DNA of 64,000 nucleotides, taken from assembly GCA_032718475.1 (NCBI GenBank), contig JAUCBJ010007324.1:41957-105956 (forward strand), given 5' to 3'. The DNA comes from Nemertoderma westbladi (lineage: Eukaryota > Animalia > Xenacoelomorpha). Each line of letters opens with the position of its first letter. Position 1 is the first letter of the stretch. The translations under genes and the position numbers were made by a program. This document shows, in pieces, positions 59,674 to 64,000 of this stretch. The notes under the pieces were generated by a model, which was given only the letters and a program-made list of their open reading frames with translations, was not told the DNA's origin and ran no database searches.

Positions 59674-62600
59674 AGCACGTTGACTGGTTGTGTGGGGTGG
59701 GGCCACCTTGGGTGGGGTATAGCACGTTGACTGGTTGGGTTGGGTGGGGCCACCTTGGGTGGGGTATAGCACGTTGACTGGTTGTGTGGGGCGGGGCCAC
59801 CTTGGGTGGGGTATAGCACGTTGACTGGTTGGGTGGGGCGGGGCCACCTTGGGTGGGGTATAGCACGTTGACTGGTTGGGTGGGGTGGGGCCACCTTGGG
59901 TGGGGTATAGCACGTTGACTGGTTGTGTGGGGCGGGGCCACCTTGGGTGGGGTATAGCACGTTGACTGGTTGTGTGGGGCGGGGCCACCTTGGGTGGGGT
60001 ATAGCACGTTGACTGGTTGTGTGGGGTCGGGGCCACCTTGGGTGGGGTATAGCACGTTGACTGGTTGTGTGGGGTGGGGCCACCTTGGGTGGGGTATAGC
60101 ACGTTGACTGGTTGGTGGGTGGGGCGGGGCCACCTTGGGTGGGGTATAGCACGTTGACTGGTTGTGTGGGGTGGGGCGGGGCCACCTTGGGTGGGGTATA
60201 GCACGTTGACTGGTTGTGGGTGGGGCGGGGCCACCTTGGGTGGGGTATAGCACGTTGACTGGTTGTGTGGGGTGGGGCCACCTTGGGTGGGGTATAGCAC
60301 GTTGACTGGTTGTGTGGGGTGGGGCCACCTTGGGTGGGGTATAGCACGTTGACTGGTTGTGTGGGGTGGGGCCACCTTGGGTGGGGTATAGCACGTTGAC
60401 TGGTTGTGTGGGGTGGGGCCACCTTGGGTGGGGTATAGCACGTTGACTGGTTGTGTGGGGCGGGGCCACCTTGGGTGGGGTATAGCACGTTGACTGGTTG
60501 TGTGGGGTCGGGGCCACCTTGGGTGGGGTATAGCACGTTGACTGGTTGTGTGGGGCGGGGCCACCTTGGGTGGGGTATAGCACGTTGACTGGTTGTGTGG
60601 GGTGGGGCCACCTTGGGTGGGGTATAGCACGTTGACTGGTTGTGTGGGGTGGGGCCACCTTGGGTGGGGTATAGCACGTTGACTGGTTGTGTGGGGCGGG
60701 GCCACCTTGGGTGGGGTATAGCACGTTGACTGGTTGTGTGGGGTGGGGCGGGGCCACCTTGGGTGGGGTATAGCACGTTGACTGGTTGTGGTGGGGTGGG
60801 GCCACCTTGGGTGGGGTATAGCACGTTGACTGGTTGTGTGGGGTGGGGCCACCTTGGGTGGGGTATAGCACGTTGACTGGTTGTGTGGGTGGGGTGGGGC
60901 CACCTTGGGTGGGGTATAGCACGTTGACTGGTTGTGTGGGGTGGGGCCACCTTGGGTGGGGTATAGCACGTTGACTGGTTGTGTGGGGTGGGGCCACCTT
61001 GGGTGGGGTATAGCACGTTGACTGGTTGTGTGGGGTGGGGCCACCTTGGGTGGGGTATAGCACGTTGACTGGTTGTGTGGGGCGGGGTGGGGCCACCTTG
61101 GGTGGGGTATAGCACGTTGACTGGTTGTGTGGGGTGGGGCCACCTTGGGTGGGGTATAGCACGTTGACTGGTTGTGTGGGGCCACCTTGGGTGGGGTATA
61201 GCACGTTGACTGGTTGTGTGGGGCGGGGCCACCTTGGGTGGGGTATAGCACGTTGACTGGTTGTGTGGGGTGGGGCGGGGCCACCTTGGGTGGGGTATAG
61301 CACGTTGACTGGTTGTGTGGGGCGGGGCCACCTTGGGTGGGGTATAGCACGTTGACTGGTTGTGTGGGGTGGGGCCACCTTGGGTGGGGTATAGCACGTT
61401 GACTGGTTGTGTGGGTGGGGCGGGGCCACCTTGGGTGGGGTATAGCACGTTGACTGGTTGTGTGGGGTGGGGCCACCTTGGGTGGGGTATAGCACGTTGA
61501 CTGGTTGTGTGTGGGTGGGGCCACCTTGGGTGGGGTATAGCACGTTGACTGGTTGTGTGGGGTGGGGCCACCTTGGGTGGGGTATAGCACGTTGACTGGT
61601 TGTGTGGGGTGGGGCCACCTTGGGTGGGGTATAGCACGTTGACTGGTTGTGTGGGGTGGGGCCACCTTGGGTGGGGTATAGCACGTTGACTGGTTGTGTG
61701 GGTGGGGCGGGGCCACCTTGGGTGGGGTATAGCACGTTGACTGGTTGTGGTGGGGCGGGGCCACCTTGGGTGGGGTATAGCACGTTGACTGGTTGTGTGG
61801 GGTGGGGCGGGGCCACCTTGGGTGGGGTATAGCACGTTGACTGGTTGTGTGGGGTGGGGTGGGGCCACCTTGGGTGGGGTATAGCACGTTGACTGGTTGT
61901 GGTGGGGTGGGGCCACCTTGGGTGGGGTATAGCACGTTGACTGGTTGTGTGGGGTGGGGCCACCTTGGGTGGGGTATAGCACGTTGACTGGTTGTGTGGG
62001 GTGGGGCCACCTTGGGTGGGGTATAGCACGTTGACTGGTTGTGTGGGGTGGGGCGGGGCCACCTTGGGTGGGGTATAGCACGTTGACTGGTTGTGTGGGG
62101 TGGGGCCACCTTGGGTGGGGTATAGCACGTTGACTGGTTGTGTGGGGCGGGGCCACCTTGGGTGGGGTATAGCACGTTGACTGGTTGTGTGGGGTGGGGC
62201 CACCTTGGGTGGGGTATAGCACGTTGACTGGTTGTGTTGGGTGGGGCGGGGCCACCTTGGGTGGGGTATAGCACGTTGACTGGTTGTGTGGGGCGGGGCC
62301 ACCTTGGGTGGGGTATAGCACGTTGACTGGTTGTGTGGGTGGGGCGGGGCCACCTTGGGTGGGGTATAGCACGTTGACTGGTTGTGTGGGGTGGGGCCAC
62401 CTTGGGTGAGGTATAGCACGTTGACTGGTTGTGTGGGGTGGGGCCACCTTGGGTGGGGTATAGCACGTTGACTGGTTGTGTGGGGCGGGGCCACCTTGGG
62501 TGGGGTATAGCACGTTGACTGGTTGTGTGGGGTCGGGGCCACCTTGGGTGGGGTATAGCACGTTGACTGGTTGTGTGGGGCGGGGCCACCTTGGGTGGGG

Positions 62601-63941
62601 TATAGCACGTTGACTGGTTGTGTGGGTGGGGCGGGGCCACCTTGGGTGGGGTATAGCACGTTGACTGGTTGTGTGGGGCGGGGCCACCTTGGGTGGGGTA
62701 TAGCACGTTGACTGGTTGTGTGGGTGGGGCGGGGCCACCTTGGGTGGGGTATAGCACGTTGACTGGTTGTGTGGGGTGGGGCCACCTTGGGTGGGGTATA
62801 GCACGTTGACTGGTTGTGTGGGGCGGGGCCACCTTGGGTGAGGTATAGCACGTTGACTGGTTGTGTGGGGCGGGGCCACCTTGGGTGGGGTATAGCACGT
62901 TGACTGGTTGTGTGGGGCGGGGCCACCTTGGGTGGGGTATAGCACGTTGACTGGTTGTGTGGGGCGGGGCCACCTTGGGTGGGGTATAGCACGTTGACTG
63001 GTTGGTGTGGGGCGGGGCCACCTTGGGTGAGGTATAGCACGTTGACTGGTTGTGGGGTGGGGTGGGGCGGGGCCACCTTGGGTGGGGTATAGCACGTTGA
63101 CTGGTTGTGTGGGGCGGGGCCACCTTGGGTGGGGTATAGCACGTTGACTGGTTGTGTGGGGTCGGGGCCACCTTGGGTGGGGTATAGCACGTTGACTGGT
63201 TGTGTGGGGTGGGGCCACCTTGGGTGAGGTATAGCACGTTGACTGGTTGTGTGGGGTGGGGCCACCTTGGGTGAGGTATAGCACGTTGACTGGTTGTGTG
63301 GGGCGGGGCCACCTTGGGTGAGGTATAGCACGTTTACTGGTTGTGTTGGGTGGGGTGGGGCGGGGCCACCTTGGGTGGGGTATAGCACGTTGACTGGTTG
63401 TGTGGGGCGGGGCCACCTTGGGTGAGGTATAGCACGTTTACTGGTTGTGTTGGGTGGGGTGGGGCGGGGCCACCTTGGGTGAGGTATAGCACGTTGACTG
63501 GTTGTGTGGGGTGGGGCCACCTTGGGTGAGGTATAGCACGTTGACTGGTTGTGTGGGGTGGGGCCACCTTGGGTGAGGTATAGCACGTTGACTGGTTGTG
63601 TGGGGTGGGGCCACCTTGGGTGGGGTATAGCACGTTGACTGGTTGTGTGGGGCGGGGCCACCTTGGGTGAGGTATAGCACGTTTACTGGTTGTGTTGGGT
63701 GGGGTGGGGCGGGGCCACCTTGGGTGGGGTATAGCACGTTGACTGGTTGTGTGGGGCGGGGCCACCTTGGGTGAGGTATAGCACGTTTACTGGTTGTGTT
63801 GGGTGGGGTGGGGCGGGGCCACCTTGGGTGAGGTATAGCACGTTGACTGGTTGTGTGGGGCGGGGCCACCTTGGGTGAGGTATAGCACGTTTACTGGTTG
63901 TGTTGGGTGGGGTGGGGCGGGGCCACCTTGGGTGGGGTATT
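59674..63941. repeat. ~47-bp G-rich tandem repeat, ~90 copies
   Basis: Unit GGGGCCACCTTGGGTGGGGTATAGCACGTTGACTGGTTGTGTGGGG(T/C), with length variation confined to the G-tract segment. Confidence 0.95.
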
Positions 63942-64000
63942 GTACGCGCTTTTATAGACCTTCAGCAGTTTAACCTGCCGAAATTTATATGTCTTTATTG

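Noticed and set aside
59620-63869. Three overlapping Pro-rich ORFs of more than 1200 aa
   Set aside because: The C-rich strand of the 47-bp repeat lacks stops in all frames, and the same peptide cycles through the frames.

Overview
AT-rich eukaryotic, most likely invertebrate-animal, genomic DNA. It has spliceosomal introns and animal-type LINEs, with no sign of operons, CRISPR or rRNA. About a third of the window is tandem repeat (about 10 unrelated arrays). Much of the rest is transposon-derived: RTE, L2/CR1 and CRE non-LTR elements, a Sola1-like DNA transposon inside a ~9 kb inverted duplication, MITEs and foldbacks. The main host gene is on the minus strand, and the ORF track splits it in two. 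A WD40 exon (33103-32251) joins in frame, across a 9484-bp GT-AG phase-1 intron, to a large exon (22766-19498). The join completes the last WD40 blade and predicts a 1373-aa protein: WD40 propeller / APAF-1-like winged helix / Roc GTPase / COR / Cys-His cluster / CARD / CARD. This is an unusual ROCO architecture that looks like a GTPase-switched, apoptosome- or NLR-like immune receptor. Other highlights: a 3.7-kb satellite whose 49-bp unit is a piece of the neighbouring RTE reverse-transcriptase gene; an intact intronic L2/CR1 element with a 2A (StopGo) motif behind a signal-peptide-like leader; and a transposase carrying an in-frame higher-order minisatellite. All domain calls are by-eye motif recognition, not database results.
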